Shown here in pieces: positions 47,100 to 57,309 of a DNA stretch of 64,000 nucleotides (the first letter of the stretch is position 1; each line of letters starts with the position of its first letter). The stretch lies in the IMG/VR virus record IMGVR_UViG_3300046536_000804; one strand, given 5' to 3'. Under the pieces are notes generated by a model. The model had not been told where the DNA came from and did no database searches. It was given only the letters and a program-made list of their open reading frames with translations. This stretch comes from an uncultured virus (IMG/VR IMGVR_UViG_3300046536_000804) (taxonomy: Duplodnaviria > Heunggongvirae > Uroviricota > Caudoviricetes). A program made the translations under genes and the position numbers.

Positions 47100-49712
47100 T
47101 TACGTAGAGATAGTAGTGATGGGCCAATTACCTTCGAGGGTTACCCATTCCGTGTCCGCGAACGTCGGGTCCTCGTAGTCGGCGCCACGATCAACAGCCT
47201 GCATGCCGGCCGGATCGAACAGGTTCAGATCTTGTAGCCCGTACGAGTCTTGATCTCTCCAGATATCAAGGCCAGGGTACGGTGACGAATCGTCATGCGA
47301 ATCGCCAGTCACCACGTCTTCTTGCCACGTCTCCAGCGCAACATCGTTCAGTCGGGCGATCTGTGCCCAGAACGGTTCGTAAATGGTGAAGTCAGTCGTG
47401 CGAAGACTTAGCTCCGCCCGGAAGTAGAACTCCATCTCAGCCAGGTCACTGTTGTCAGGCAGCCAGGTCACCAGGGCTAGCGAATCTTCGATCTCTGTAG
47501 AGATGTCGCGGCCGTCGATCGTTTCGCCGATCGAGTCGAGCGTATCCTGCTGCTCGGCTGACAGATAGCAATATTCTGTGGCAGTAACAATACCTCCGAA
47601 GACTGCATCACTGTTCGCTGTTACCTGGCCCCAGAAGTAGGTCGGCCCATCGACCACCAGTTGCGTGCTGATTCGGGTGGTCGTGGCCCAATACTCGTTC
47701 ACCACATCGCCATCTGCACCGAAGGCGTCGAGGGCACCGGATATCAGATGCCGCCGGAACTGATTGGAACGTGTGACGATGTCGGCGGTCTCGCCCGCAT
47801 CGATCACGATTGCTCCAGGCTCATCGCCTTCCCAGGCCGCGGTGCTCAGATAGAGCTGCTTGGCCACGGCCACCACAACACTGTTCCTGGCCTTCAGCAT
47901 CACACCGCCGATGGCGTCTTCTTCACCGTCCTCACCGAGTTTGAATACCGGGGTATTCGACTTGCTCTCAATCAGGACGCCACCACAGCCTCCGTTGCCA
48001 CCCATGATCATCACGTTATCGTGAGCTTTGACCCGGACCGATCCTAGGCTTGCTGAGGCGTCGACGTTGTTGTAACCCTTGAGGATCACATCACCGCCGG
48101 CCTGCAGCACAATGTTGCGTCCTGCTGTCATAACGATGTCACCGGGAACATGAAGATATTGAGTCCCGCCGCTGGATCGTTGCTCGGCACCCCAGCCGTC
48201 AACTTGAGCGAACCCGCCATTGGGGAGCATTGCAAAGAAAGACAGGTTGGCATAATACTCGACCATACCGTACCGGTCATCCACTTTCACGGAATATTTC
48301 TGTGCCTGAGGAAGGAAGGTCTGTTGATCCAGATCGGCGAATGGTGGAACCTCCATCAAATCGGCGGCCTCCAATTCGCTTTCCTCGGCCACGTACCAGT
48401 CTTTGGTGTGGTAATGAAACGGATGAAGGCTCTTCCAGTTGAACGCATGAGCCATGAGATCGAGCACGACCGACGGCTCGATGAGGTGGATATCGTCACC
48501 ACCACCAGCCGGAGCGGACTGAACCTTGTGAAGATCCCCGTCACCGAATTGCCCATTGCTGGCGTAGTCGTCGTCGGTACGATCGCCGGTTTGAGACTCT
48601 GGTCGCTGCCCCCGCTTCGGCGCCGGGATCAGTGGCGATTTAACAAAGTAAGCGCCTCGAGCAGTCCGCAGACCGAAAGTGCCATCGATAAGACGGTTCT
48701 CTTCGAGCAAGCCGCTGACCGACAACGCGTCGCTGTCATACGTATGAGGATCAGGCAAGTCCGCGGGAACGATAATCTGGCTCTTGCTGCCTTGGCCAAG
48801 ATAGCCGCGAAAGCATCGATCTCGATAGATACCGAGTTGGCGATCGGAGACCGGTTCAAACCTGGCCCGGTTCTGGGCGTCCTGTTGACAGTCTGCAGCC
48901 GTTTGCTCCTCGAACGCCACACCAGAGGGATCCACCAACCCCATTGCTTCCCATGGATAGAGAGCATACTCTTCGACACTGGAGAATTCACTTTCGTCGT
49001 CGCGATCTTCGCGACAGTAGCCCGATGACCAGATATCCAGATTCAACCCGGTGATGCGCGTGTACTGGTCGAAATAGGAAGCAAAGAAACCGGTCATCTC
49101 ATCTACCGCAAGCTGCACCTGGAAAGAGTCCAGGAAAGCTCGCAGTGCCAGCTCCGAGATGGCGCCCCAGTCACCTGCTTGTAACGAGTCTGTCGGCCGA
49201 CCTGCCGAGAAGTCGATGATGCCGACATCCGGCATTGTGAACGGGAAGTAGTGAGCCGCGTCTGCGTTAAGGCCGACATTGGAACCTTGCCCGATGTAGT
49301 CCGAGAGGGCGTCCTTGGCACTGACCATCCAGTCGGGCACCGAGCAGATGATCACGTGCGTTAACGCTTGCGGGTGGTAGAAGAGCAGGACACCCGTCCC
49401 GACGGGATAGGTATTAAGCTGTCGAGCACCAACCACACCGAGACCGGTCGCCGCACTGTCACAACATCGCAGCGTGCCGAGGCCTCGTTCGCACTGGACC
49501 TTGTAGAGGCGAATATAGGCGATCGAGTCCACGACGCGACCGAAAACGAGAAAGCCGCCTTGATTCAGTGCGTTTCGGCTGCGACCCAGGGAAGATGTCG
49601 GGTCGCGAGCCGATACGGTATTGCTGTTGAAGGCAGGTTGTTCGTTGAGGAGCTGTTGTTCAAGTTCGACCGCCCGGCGGTCAGGCGCCGGACGGGTGAA
49701 GAGTCTTCTCAT
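47100..49712 (-). CDS. VgrG/gp5-like central spike protein
   Basis: N-terminal OB-like GRVVD...YPVGTGVL; beta-helix-like PGDIVMTAGRNIVLQAGGDVILKG. Confidence 0.6.
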   Translation of the reverse strand: MRRLFTRPAPDRRAVELEQQLLNEQPAFNSNTVSARDPTSSLGRSRNALNQGGFLVFGRVVDSIAYIRLYKVQCERGLGTLRCCDSAATGLGVVGARQLNTYPVGTGVLLFYHPQALTHVIICSVPDWMVSAKDALSDYIGQGSNVGLNADAAHYFPFTMPDVGIIDFSAGRPTDSLQAGDWGAISELALRAFLDSFQVQLAVDEMTGFFASYFDQYTRITGLNLDIWSSGYCREDRDDESEFSSVEEYALYPWEAMGLVDPSGVAFEEQTAADCQQDAQNRARFEPVSDRQLGIYRDRCFRGYLGQGSKSQIIVPADLPDPHTYDSDALSVSGLLEENRLIDGTFGLRTARGAYFVKSPLIPAPKRGQRPESQTGDRTDDDYASNGQFGDGDLHKVQSAPAGGGDDIHLIEPSVVLDLMAHAFNWKSLHPFHYHTKDWYVAEESELEAADLMEVPPFADLDQQTFLPQAQKYSVKVDDRYGMVEYYANLSFFAMLPNGGFAQVDGWGAEQRSSGGTQYLHVPGDIVMTAGRNIVLQAGGDVILKGYNNVDASASLGSVRVKAHDNVMIMGGNGGCGGVLIESKSNTPVFKLGEDGEEDAIGGVMLKARNSVVVAVAKQLYLSTAAWEGDEPGAIVIDAGETADIVTRSNQFRRHLISGALDAFGADGDVVNEYWATTTRISTQLVVDGPTYFWGQVTANSDAVFGGIVTATEYCYLSAEQQDTLDSIGETIDGRDISTEIEDSLALVTWLPDNSDLAEMEFYFRAELSLRTTDFTIYEPFWAQIARLNDVALETWQEDVVTGDSHDDSSPYPGLDIWRDQDSYGLQDLNLFDPAGMQAVDRGADYEDPTFADTEWVTLEGNWPITTIST

Positions 49713-49727
49713 GATGTGTTGCCGTTA

Positions 49728-50204
49728 CTACTGCGGCGGAACCATGCTGATGAACATTGCCTGGGCTTGTTCGCTGATGAGCATCTGTTCGGCCTGAACG
49801 CTGAAACCGACGCTCTGCAAGAGTACGCCAACCATGGACAGCGTGTCAAGGTTGCCGGTACCGGTGGGATCATTTGCGTTGCCGCAACCTTGCTGCATCG
49901 ACACGTTGATGGTGTTCCCGGCAGCGTTGCAGGGGTTGCCGTACACCGTGTAGAACGCGAAGGCAAGCGGACGCGGACCGAGAACTCGATTGAGTCCCGC
50001 AGTGCCCTGCGATCGACCAACGATGTAATACTGAAAGTTGGTGCCCACCTCGTAGATGCGCGTGACGCTCTGCTGGTAGTTGAAGTTGATCTGCTGCGTA
50101 ATGAGACCGACGCCGGTGATGCCGGCGAAGGTCAGCAGCGCTGAATCGGCCGAGAAAGCCCCGCCAAAGATGGGCTCTTCACGTCCATAAAGATCGAAAG
50201 CCAT
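49728..50204 (-). CDS. tail tube protein
   Basis: 158 aa directly after the sheath; QQINFNYQQSVTRIYEVG, GRSQG..GLNRV. Confidence 0.72.
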   Translation of the reverse strand: MAFDLYGREEPIFGGAFSADSALLTFAGITGVGLITQQINFNYQQSVTRIYEVGTNFQYYIVGRSQGTAGLNRVLGPRPLAFAFYTVYGNPCNAAGNTINVSMQQGCGNANDPTGTGNLDTLSMVGVLLQSVGFSVQAEQMLISEQAQAMFISMVPPQ

Positions 50205-50249
50205 GTTTCAACTCCAAGCAGAGGTACGTCACTTGATCAGATCGACACC

Positions 50250-53200
50250 TTAGCCGCCCGCAGACGGGCTCTCGAAGGTCATTGTCAGGGTCGTATCGTT
50301 GAGCGGGAAGGATCGAGTGATGCTGGCTGCCAGCACCAACCGATCAGCGAGCGTCAGATGCGGTTCAAAACGCGTGATGACGGCCGACAGGATCATCGGA
50401 CCGATACGGTCGATGTTCGTGTTTGCCACGCCACGCTGGATCGCCGACTGAACCTCGGTACGCAACCGGGCGATCGTCAGGCCGTTCACGTTGGTGCTGC
50501 CTCGGTTGGCGAGCACCGTATTCCAGAACAGGTAGCGGATCGCATCGTCGAGTCGGTTGGTCACCTCTTCGCGAGACTCAATGCTCGTCATATCGGAGGT
50601 TCGAGCGAACAGCGTGTAGACGTCGCCATTGGGCGACTGCGAAGCGATCACGAACCCGGCGTCCGCCAGGGTGTTGAGCTGGGCGTTGTTGAACAGGGCT
50701 GTCGATCGCGGCACTGCGTTGATGCCCGAGAGTGTGATCGACCGCAGGCCTTGCTGAGGAGCAACGGCGCCGGCCATCGCAGCGTAGATGGCGCACAGGT
50801 GGTAGCCTTCCGCCACGTTGCCCTGATCGTCGGTGAACTGGTCGGGCCAGACGTAGAGGAACCGCTGGTTGCTCGCGTCGCCGGTGGTCTGCGAGGCCAG
50901 GTTGGTAGCGACCTGCGACCGACTCAGGTTGCGATGCACCTCGACGCGTTGCGGCTGGGTCACCGCCACCGAATTACCGGTGGTGAAGATCAGCGAATCC
51001 TCGTTGACGACGCTGGCGACCGTGAAGCTGGTGTAGGTCTCGTTGCCGTAGACATCGACCGAGAACAGATAGCGAACCGTGTCGCCGGCCATCACACCGT
51101 TCGTGATGAACTTGCCATTGCCGGTGGTTACCGACAACAGCGTGTATTGCGTGCCCGACACCGACGGGTTATCGCCCAGCGTCGCCAAGACCGTTGCGTG
51201 GTCGGACGAGGTGGTCGTATCGACGATGGCGGACGTGGTGGACGCCGCAATATTGAACCACACATGACGCCACTCGCCACCGACAGAGTCGAGGGATCGA
51301 GCAAGGACGTGCGTGCGGTAGGCATCCCACACCGCAGTGTCTCGAGTGAGGGGGACCAGGTTGAACGTGTTGGTGTAACCCACCAACATCGCAACGACTT
51401 CTTCCCAGTCAGCCAGCGTCAGCGGGTTTGCGACGCCGGAGAACAAAATCTCGCTACCGTTGCCGTTCTGGACGGCCTTCTTGACGCCGTAAGCCAGCAT
51501 GTGGTCGGGAACGATGTTGGCGAACGGAATGCCGAACTCGTCCTCGACATCCGCCTCGGTGACAACCGAATACATACCGCCTGCGTGCGTGGCCTTCCAG
51601 GCTCGGTAGTTGATGTAGATGGTGCCGCCTTCCACAGGCACGGCGAACTGAACACCGCTGTTGGTCAGAGTGGTGTCGTATGCATCGACGGCCGAGTTGA
51701 CCGTGACGCCGTTCGCATCGGCGGTCCAGTTCAGGTCGGGTGGCGAGCTGGCTCGGTGCGCAGGGACGGTGACGTTCTTCTTGAGGTAGAGCTTCAAGCT
51801 GAGGTCGGTGCTGGTCTGCAGAGCCGCCGTCAGGTTGTCGTTCAGGAGGATGGTCTTGTACGCACCCGGAGCCGGGCCAGTCACCTCGACGTAGTAGACG
51901 TCGCCCTTGTCGAGGCCGGTGCCAGCAAACTGAATGAGCGCACCGAGCGTACCGACGGCGACGTTGGTCCCTGCCGTACTGACGGTGGTTGGTCCGCTGC
52001 TGTCGGTGCCTCGATCCGTGGTGACCGTGATCTGCGGCTTGATGCTGTCGGCGTACTTCCCGCCGCGGGAGATCAGCACGATGTACGTGACGCTCTGCTC
52101 ACCGGTGAAGGTGCCGCCGCTGGTCGGCACGGCCTGAGCCCAGGCTTGCCGAACCGTCAACTGCCAGGTCTGTCCCACGACGAACACGTCGCTCGTGTGG
52201 GTGAACGTGACGGTGAGGCCTCGGGCACCAATGGTCGTCGGCGAGGCGAACGCTGCCGGGGTAACATCCGACGCGTTGTCTCGGCCGCTGGCGGAGGTGA
52301 TGAGCAGTCGCGCGGAGGCTGCAATGCCACCCGTAGTGACTTCGATCGTGTAGGTCTCGGTGATGTCGCCCGTGGACAGCCCGTTGTACGAGGTCTCGGT
52401 CACCGTGCTCAGGGCAACATCGTTGACCGTACCCGAGGTCTGGGTGCTGGCCGGCGGATAGGCTGCCCCGGTCACGTAGGCCGTGGTGAGATCGGTGGTC
52501 GTGGTCACAACGCCGGTCTTGTAGAGCGTGCACTGCAGAGCCGTGCCGCCTGGCGGTGACAGGTAGATCTTGGCCGAGGTCGCACCCGTCGGCAGGGCCG
52601 GAATGGTGACACGCGGAATGTTGCCAGCGGACACCGTGAACATGGACGAGGCTGCCGAGGCATACGTCTCGCCGAACGGGCCTGCGAAGGTGTATCGAAC
52701 GAAGAAATTGCCGGCGTCCAGCAGGCCGCCGCTAGAACCGCCGCCGGTGGCCGCCACGGTCGGCGCGATGCCGGGGTTGCTGCTCGGCTGGGCAAACGCA
52801 TTGCCGGTGTCCGAGGTGGCTGCTTCGATGACTGCGGCGGTCTGGTCGGCGATGAGACCCGCCACGGAGGTGAGCTGTTCGTCGGAGCCGTCCTGCAAGT
52901 GCACGATATCGCCGATCGCAACATCACGGTCGAATAGCAGAGCATTGCGTGGATAAGTCGCCCCATTGGCCTTGAAGCCTTGGGAAGCGTCGGTGTTGAT
53001 TCGATTGAGGTAGCCAGCAACCGGCGCGATGGTGGTGCCGCCACCAGACAAGTCCTGGAAATAACGCAGCAGCGCGTCGTCGATGTGGACGGCCACGGAG
53101 GTCAGATCGATCACCGCATCCGCCGACACACTGGGGTAATCGTAGGTCGTATCAACGGTCGCGTCGTAGTCGCCGACGTTGATGTCAGCCTTCTCCGCAG

Positions 53201-53327
53201 CATCCGCATACCGGTGGAGCTCGCCCTCCGGACCAGCAATGTGCGGTCGCAGGGGCGCCATCATGTCTGCCGGCATGATCTTCGACGCTTCGGTAAAGAC
53301 GGTCGCTTGATTCAGAGTCGTAGGCAT
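50250..53327 (-). CDS. tail sheath protein with inserted beta-rich domains
   Basis: 1025 aa; C-terminal LVPLT, AAMAG..PQQGL, QLNTLA..G, EE...R.DD, FPLN; tube gene follows. Confidence 0.8.
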   Translation of the reverse strand: MPTTLNQATVFTEASKIMPADMMAPLRPHIAGPEGELHRYADAAEKADINVGDYDATVDTTYDYPSVSADAVIDLTSVAVHIDDALLRYFQDLSGGGTTIAPVAGYLNRINTDASQGFKANGATYPRNALLFDRDVAIGDIVHLQDGSDEQLTSVAGLIADQTAAVIEAATSDTGNAFAQPSSNPGIAPTVAATGGGSSGGLLDAGNFFVRYTFAGPFGETYASAASSMFTVSAGNIPRVTIPALPTGATSAKIYLSPPGGTALQCTLYKTGVVTTTTDLTTAYVTGAAYPPASTQTSGTVNDVALSTVTETSYNGLSTGDITETYTIEVTTGGIAASARLLITSASGRDNASDVTPAAFASPTTIGARGLTVTFTHTSDVFVVGQTWQLTVRQAWAQAVPTSGGTFTGEQSVTYIVLISRGGKYADSIKPQITVTTDRGTDSSGPTTVSTAGTNVAVGTLGALIQFAGTGLDKGDVYYVEVTGPAPGAYKTILLNDNLTAALQTSTDLSLKLYLKKNVTVPAHRASSPPDLNWTADANGVTVNSAVDAYDTTLTNSGVQFAVPVEGGTIYINYRAWKATHAGGMYSVVTEADVEDEFGIPFANIVPDHMLAYGVKKAVQNGNGSEILFSGVANPLTLADWEEVVAMLVGYTNTFNLVPLTRDTAVWDAYRTHVLARSLDSVGGEWRHVWFNIAASTTSAIVDTTTSSDHATVLATLGDNPSVSGTQYTLLSVTTGNGKFITNGVMAGDTVRYLFSVDVYGNETYTSFTVASVVNEDSLIFTTGNSVAVTQPQRVEVHRNLSRSQVATNLASQTTGDASNQRFLYVWPDQFTDDQGNVAEGYHLCAIYAAMAGAVAPQQGLRSITLSGINAVPRSTALFNNAQLNTLADAGFVIASQSPNGDVYTLFARTSDMTSIESREEVTNRLDDAIRYLFWNTVLANRGSTNVNGLTIARLRTEVQSAIQRGVANTNIDRIGPMILSAVITRFEPHLTLADRLVLAASITRSFPLNDTTLTMTFESPSAGG

Positions 53328-53376
53328 GATTTTTTGCCCTTTTTCACGCTGGTTAGGCCTGGTGGCAGGCTTGAAC

Positions 53377-54015
53377 TCACTCCGGGAACATCAACGACAA
53401 GTCCAGGCTCTTGAGGAACGGCGCTTCCTGCCGCAACGTCCAGGTGTCGGCCAGAACATAGCCGACATTGATCGGCACCACGTAGTTCTTACCGCTTTCT
53501 TCGAGTTTACCATATTCGCCCGCCTCCGCAACCTCCAGGCGGATGAGGTCCATCTTGCGTCGGACGGCTGGTGCAAAGCGGTTCAGGTCTTCAAATACCT
53601 CGGTGGCGAGCCTCTCGACCTCGGCCGGCACGCCGGAAATGCAGAAAAGGGTGTGGGAGCCTTGCCAAAGGTTGACGTAGTATTCGGCGCCGTCTAGCGA
53701 GATCTCGCCCATCCGCATGTTGTTGATACCGATCCGGATACGCTGCCACCCTTGGCGTTTGATGATGATCGCCGGGCGTTTTTCGGTCAGGTCGGTCTTG
53801 TAAGCCGAGTGCGGCTCGATAGAAATCCTGGTCTCTTTCGGATCGGCGTGCCATAGCTTCTCCTTCAAGATGTCATCGATGATGCGGCTGGAATCTCCGA
53901 AATGGTAGGTCATCCAGACACGGAATAACCCGTTCATGGAGAGAAGACGCGGCGCCAGACCGCAGAGCTGCGGTAGAACGGCCGTGTCGATAACGGATTG
54001 ATATGGATAGGGCAT
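53377..54015 (-). CDS. putative tail terminator/neck protein
   Basis: RPAIIIKR; immediately upstream of the sheath. Confidence 0.55.
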   Translation of the reverse strand: MPYPYQSVIDTAVLPQLCGLAPRLLSMNGLFRVWMTYHFGDSSRIIDDILKEKLWHADPKETRISIEPHSAYKTDLTEKRPAIIIKRQGWQRIRIGINNMRMGEISLDGAEYYVNLWQGSHTLFCISGVPAEVERLATEVFEDLNRFAPAVRRKMDLIRLEVAEAGEYGKLEESGKNYVVPINVGYVLADTWTLRQEAPFLKSLDLSLMFPE

Positions 54016-54033
54016 AGGTTACTCGCGGCGCGA

Positions 54034-54429
54034 TCACATACTTGACGCATCGTAGACCAGGATATCGGCCACAAGCCGTGTAGCTTCACCTTTGACCCAT
54101 TCGAGATCATTAGCACGGATCAGGTGATGACTTCCGGCGAGCAACATCCACTCGTCCGGCTCGAACCAGTGATAGCGGTCATTCGGCAAGCTGTTGGAGA
54201 AATAACTTTCAACAATATCGCCTCGTTTCCGCAGGAGCCTCAGATTGAATTGACGACCGTCGACTTCAAGCTGAAACCAGCGTTCGCTCTTGCGAACCCA
54301 GGAATGCCGGTTAAAGCCAATCGCCTTTTGCTGTACCTTCTCGATGACGGCCTTCGCCGTTGTCGGCAAAAAGGCCCAACCGACAATGGCTGAAAGAATC
54401 CCTACAAATTTTCTACGTGTCAAATACAT
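54034..54429 (-). CDS. protein with twin-arginine (Tat)-like signal
   Basis: MYLTRRKFVGILSAIVGWAFLPTTAKA. Confidence 0.6.
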   Translation of the reverse strand: MYLTRRKFVGILSAIVGWAFLPTTAKAVIEKVQQKAIGFNRHSWVRKSERWFQLEVDGRQFNLRLLRKRGDIVESYFSNSLPNDRYHWFEPDEWMLLAGSHHLIRANDLEWVKGEATRLVADILVYDASSM

Positions 54430-54456
54430 TAGTTCTCCTTCGATTGTTGAAGTATG

Positions 54457-54636
54457 TCACTCTTTGGGCTTTGCACGATCACGAAGCTCTGTGAATCGCT
54501 TGTTCAGTTCTTCGAGCTGTTTGGTCGTCTCTTCCTTGCCGCTAGCCTTGTCGCTTCCCCACAACGCTTGATTGAGTGCCTTTTCGCTCGGCTTGTAGGT
54601 CTCCATGCTGATCGTCGGAAGCATCTTGTTGGCCAC
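54457..54636 (-). CDS. small hypothetical protein (59 aa, below the ORF-track cutoff)
   Basis: GGAG RBS then GTG; ANKMLPTISMETYKPSEK...RAKPKE; fills the gap. Confidence 0.4.
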   Translation of the reverse strand: MANKMLPTISMETYKPSEKALNQALWGSDKASGKEETTKQLEELNKRFTELRDRAKPKE

Positions 54637-54640
54637 GGGG

Positions 54641-55654
54641 TTACTCCAGAGGAAGACGGTAGGCCAGATGACTAAAGGGTAGCTGCCACAACTGGCAATA
54701 CAGGGTCAGCGGCACTCCGTTCAGTTGGTTCTCGCACTTGACCGTCTCCACATGATAACGCAAGTCGTTGGCCGCGTTCACCCAGATGTCTCCGGTCGAC
54801 AGCAATGGTGAGCCGATGAACCGTCCTTGAATCGCCGTCTCTGCAGACCAGCCTTCAGGTCCAGCCGTACGCTGCTCGTCGATCGACACAGGCGTGACAC
54901 CGCCAAACTGGCACGGCATGGCTCGATAGTAGCCGACGATATACCCGGTGCCGCTGCAGATCGGGCATTCGCTGTCGGTAACCTCGCCGGTGTACTGATC
55001 GAGACAGCGGGTGCAGGGCGACCCTTTACGTTTCTTCTTGAGTAGAAATCCCTGCAGACCGCCCGGCCCCTTGCGGAAGCTGAGACGGACTTGGCGAATG
55101 ATCTCCCGGGCAGCCAGCCAGTATCTGGCGGTGAGCTGGCCCAGCGCAGTGGCCGGCTGACTGTAGTAGATCTGGTCGTCAGCGTCGGTCAGCTTCACCC
55201 GGTAGTGTGTCGTCAACTGTTTGCCGCGTACTCGCCGAGTCGGGTCAGTCATGGTGAATGCGTCAGTGACAGCGATGCCGACGTCTTCCCAATCGTCCGC
55301 CAACGGGTTACCGGTATCGCCGACCTGGAGCTGGAAGGTGTACGGCGTCGGCGCCAGAAAGTCATCTCGCAGATCCCAGGTGATGCGGCTGACTCCCTCC
55401 ACCATAAAGTCGATCTCCACCCGCGGGAATGGATTGCAGCGTTCGGTGTCGACGCAGATCACACCACACGGTTCTGGTGCCGGTGGATTGACGAGAACTT
55501 CAACATTCCAGAGAATCGTCCGAGACAGGCCGACAAGGCTGTGAACGTTCCAGAGGATGGTCCGATCGATGTGGACCTGGCCCAGACCGCCAGCGGGTGG
55601 GGGGAACACACCGCCCGGGAATACGCCAGCCGAAAATACACCTTTTGGCCACAT
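54641..55654 (-). CDS. putative head-closure/neck protein with Zn finger
   Basis: CTRC...CPICSGTGYIVGY; PLLSTGDIWV...RYHV. Confidence 0.6.
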   Translation of the reverse strand: MWPKGVFSAGVFPGGVFPPPAGGLGQVHIDRTILWNVHSLVGLSRTILWNVEVLVNPPAPEPCGVICVDTERCNPFPRVEIDFMVEGVSRITWDLRDDFLAPTPYTFQLQVGDTGNPLADDWEDVGIAVTDAFTMTDPTRRVRGKQLTTHYRVKLTDADDQIYYSQPATALGQLTARYWLAAREIIRQVRLSFRKGPGGLQGFLLKKKRKGSPCTRCLDQYTGEVTDSECPICSGTGYIVGYYRAMPCQFGGVTPVSIDEQRTAGPEGWSAETAIQGRFIGSPLLSTGDIWVNAANDLRYHVETVKCENQLNGVPLTLYCQLWQLPFSHLAYRLPLE

Positions 55655-55657
55655 GCG

Positions 55658-57061
55658 TCACCAGGTCACGATAGAGCGGTTGCCGACCCCGTCGTTAGTG
55701 ATACTAGCCAGATCGGCAGTATCCGTCAGATTGCGCACAACGTAGGTTTGAGGACCACTGGTCATTGCACCGTTGGTCTTCGCGGCGCCCACCATTGCCA
55801 CGATGAATTCCATCGCTTCGGAGTAGTCTTTACCGTTGGGTAAGGTCAGTGCTTGCCAGGCAGCAGCAGTCGCGGCTGGCAACAGGGTTTGATCCGCAAT
55901 ATTGTTGATCGGCAGCTTGGTGAACACCGTGTTCAGTTTTGTACGATCGGCACTCGTGAAGTCGACCGCAGTAGTGTCGACAATTTGGGTGTAGGCCGGC
56001 ATGCGACGCAGCTTGCCGTTGATCGTGCCGGAGACGTCCCAGTGCAGCCCGTCAATCGCATCCGTCGACGTGTTGGTATACGGCACGACGTACTTGCCCG
56101 TGGCCGGGTTGGTGACCGAACCGAGTCGCGACGAAAGGTCAGTGCCGGCATCATTGACCAGCGTGATGATCGGGTTGCCGCTGTCCAGATTCTTCGCCGT
56201 GCCGGTCTCGTCAGAGAAAACGATGCTGATGTTGATCGTCGCAGAGCCTGTGTCAGGCCGCTCCAGGGTCATCGGTATCGAGGTCGCGATGAACGTATTG
56301 TTCTGGATGTTCTGCGCAGCCGTCAGTAACGCCGCATTGCCGTAGGTGCCGTTGTTGACGATCGCGAAGGCATCACCCGTGAGGAAGTCGACGATCCGTT
56401 TGCCAATACTGCCTACTGTGGTAAGCCCCGAGGACAAAGCCGCCCAGATACCGGCGACCCCGAGTGCGGTTAACGCACGATCATTGTTCGAATTTCCCCA
56501 AACATCTTGGGTGATCGAACTGACCGTATGCACATGGCTGGCGAGGATGTAGACCAGATCGCCATCTACTGGCGGAGTCGACAATCCTTCGCCCAGAACG
56601 ATCGCACCGTTGGTATTGTTGAACGAGGAAATCGGTGCCGACTCAATCCTTGTACCGCTGACGATGACAAAAATCATGTCTCGGAAGCTGTCCGTTGCGT
56701 GCGTCAAACTGGTGTGGCAGGCGTTGGATACCCCGCTATTCCCGACCACAACCCCCGAATCGAGCACGAGGCTGGATCGCGTGTCTTCGTCGTAGAGAGT
56801 CCAGAGGGCAGGAACGGTGAGCAGATCAGCAGTACCAGTGGTGACAAAGGTCGCTACGTAATCGTAGGTCGTCAGATCGGCCGTGGTCAACCGGTAGTAG
56901 TAGACACCACCAGCCAGGTGTGTAGCCGATCCGCCGCTAACCACCGAGGCTGTTGCACCGGTGGAACGATTCACGGAGGAAATGTTGATCGTGACAGTCA
57001 AGCCGGTAGCGCCGTTGCCGCCAGTCGTGAACTGCCCGTAGAAGACCTTTTTTGTAGTCAC
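55658..57061 (-). CDS. virion structural protein
   Basis: 467 aa, Thr/Gly/beta-rich; GATGLTV...GGVYYY. Confidence 0.6.
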   Translation of the reverse strand: MTTKKVFYGQFTTGGNGATGLTVTINISSVNRSTGATASVVSGGSATHLAGGVYYYRLTTADLTTYDYVATFVTTGTADLLTVPALWTLYDEDTRSSLVLDSGVVVGNSGVSNACHTSLTHATDSFRDMIFVIVSGTRIESAPISSFNNTNGAIVLGEGLSTPPVDGDLVYILASHVHTVSSITQDVWGNSNNDRALTALGVAGIWAALSSGLTTVGSIGKRIVDFLTGDAFAIVNNGTYGNAALLTAAQNIQNNTFIATSIPMTLERPDTGSATINISIVFSDETGTAKNLDSGNPIITLVNDAGTDLSSRLGSVTNPATGKYVVPYTNTSTDAIDGLHWDVSGTINGKLRRMPAYTQIVDTTAVDFTSADRTKLNTVFTKLPINNIADQTLLPAATAAAWQALTLPNGKDYSEAMEFIVAMVGAAKTNGAMTSGPQTYVVRNLTDTADLASITNDGVGNRSIVTW

Positions 57062-57062
57062 G

Positions 57063-57296
57063 TTACGTACCTTGAGTTAGTGCCGTATCGATAGCTGCGA
57101 TCTGCGACTGCGTCGACTGAATGTCTGCGTCGGCAGCCGCCGCAGCGACTTGCTTAGCTGCTTGCTTCGCCCCCACAGAGTAAGCAAGCGCATTTCGCTG
57201 CACGAGCAGTCGGCTCGTCTTGAGCATGATCGTCAGTTCCGCTGGATCGGTGAAGCCGGCGTCCGTGACGGCCTGCAAGAGATCGTTGATTGTCAT
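57063..57296 (-). CDS. small hypothetical protein
   Basis: 77 aa with AGGAG RBS. Confidence 0.6.
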   Translation of the reverse strand: MTINDLLQAVTDAGFTDPAELTIMLKTSRLLVQRNALAYSVGAKQAAKQVAAAAADADIQSTQSQIAAIDTALTQGT

Positions 57297-57309
57297 AATA
57301 ACTCCTAAG

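Noticed and set aside
50358..52559. 733-aa plus-strand ORF
   Set aside because: Antisense shadow of the tail sheath gene; Arg/Gly/Val-rich with no motifs
34725..54015. Stand-alone contractile injection system or tailocin
   Set aside because: Terminase, neck/adaptor, replication and tRNA genes indicate a phage genome
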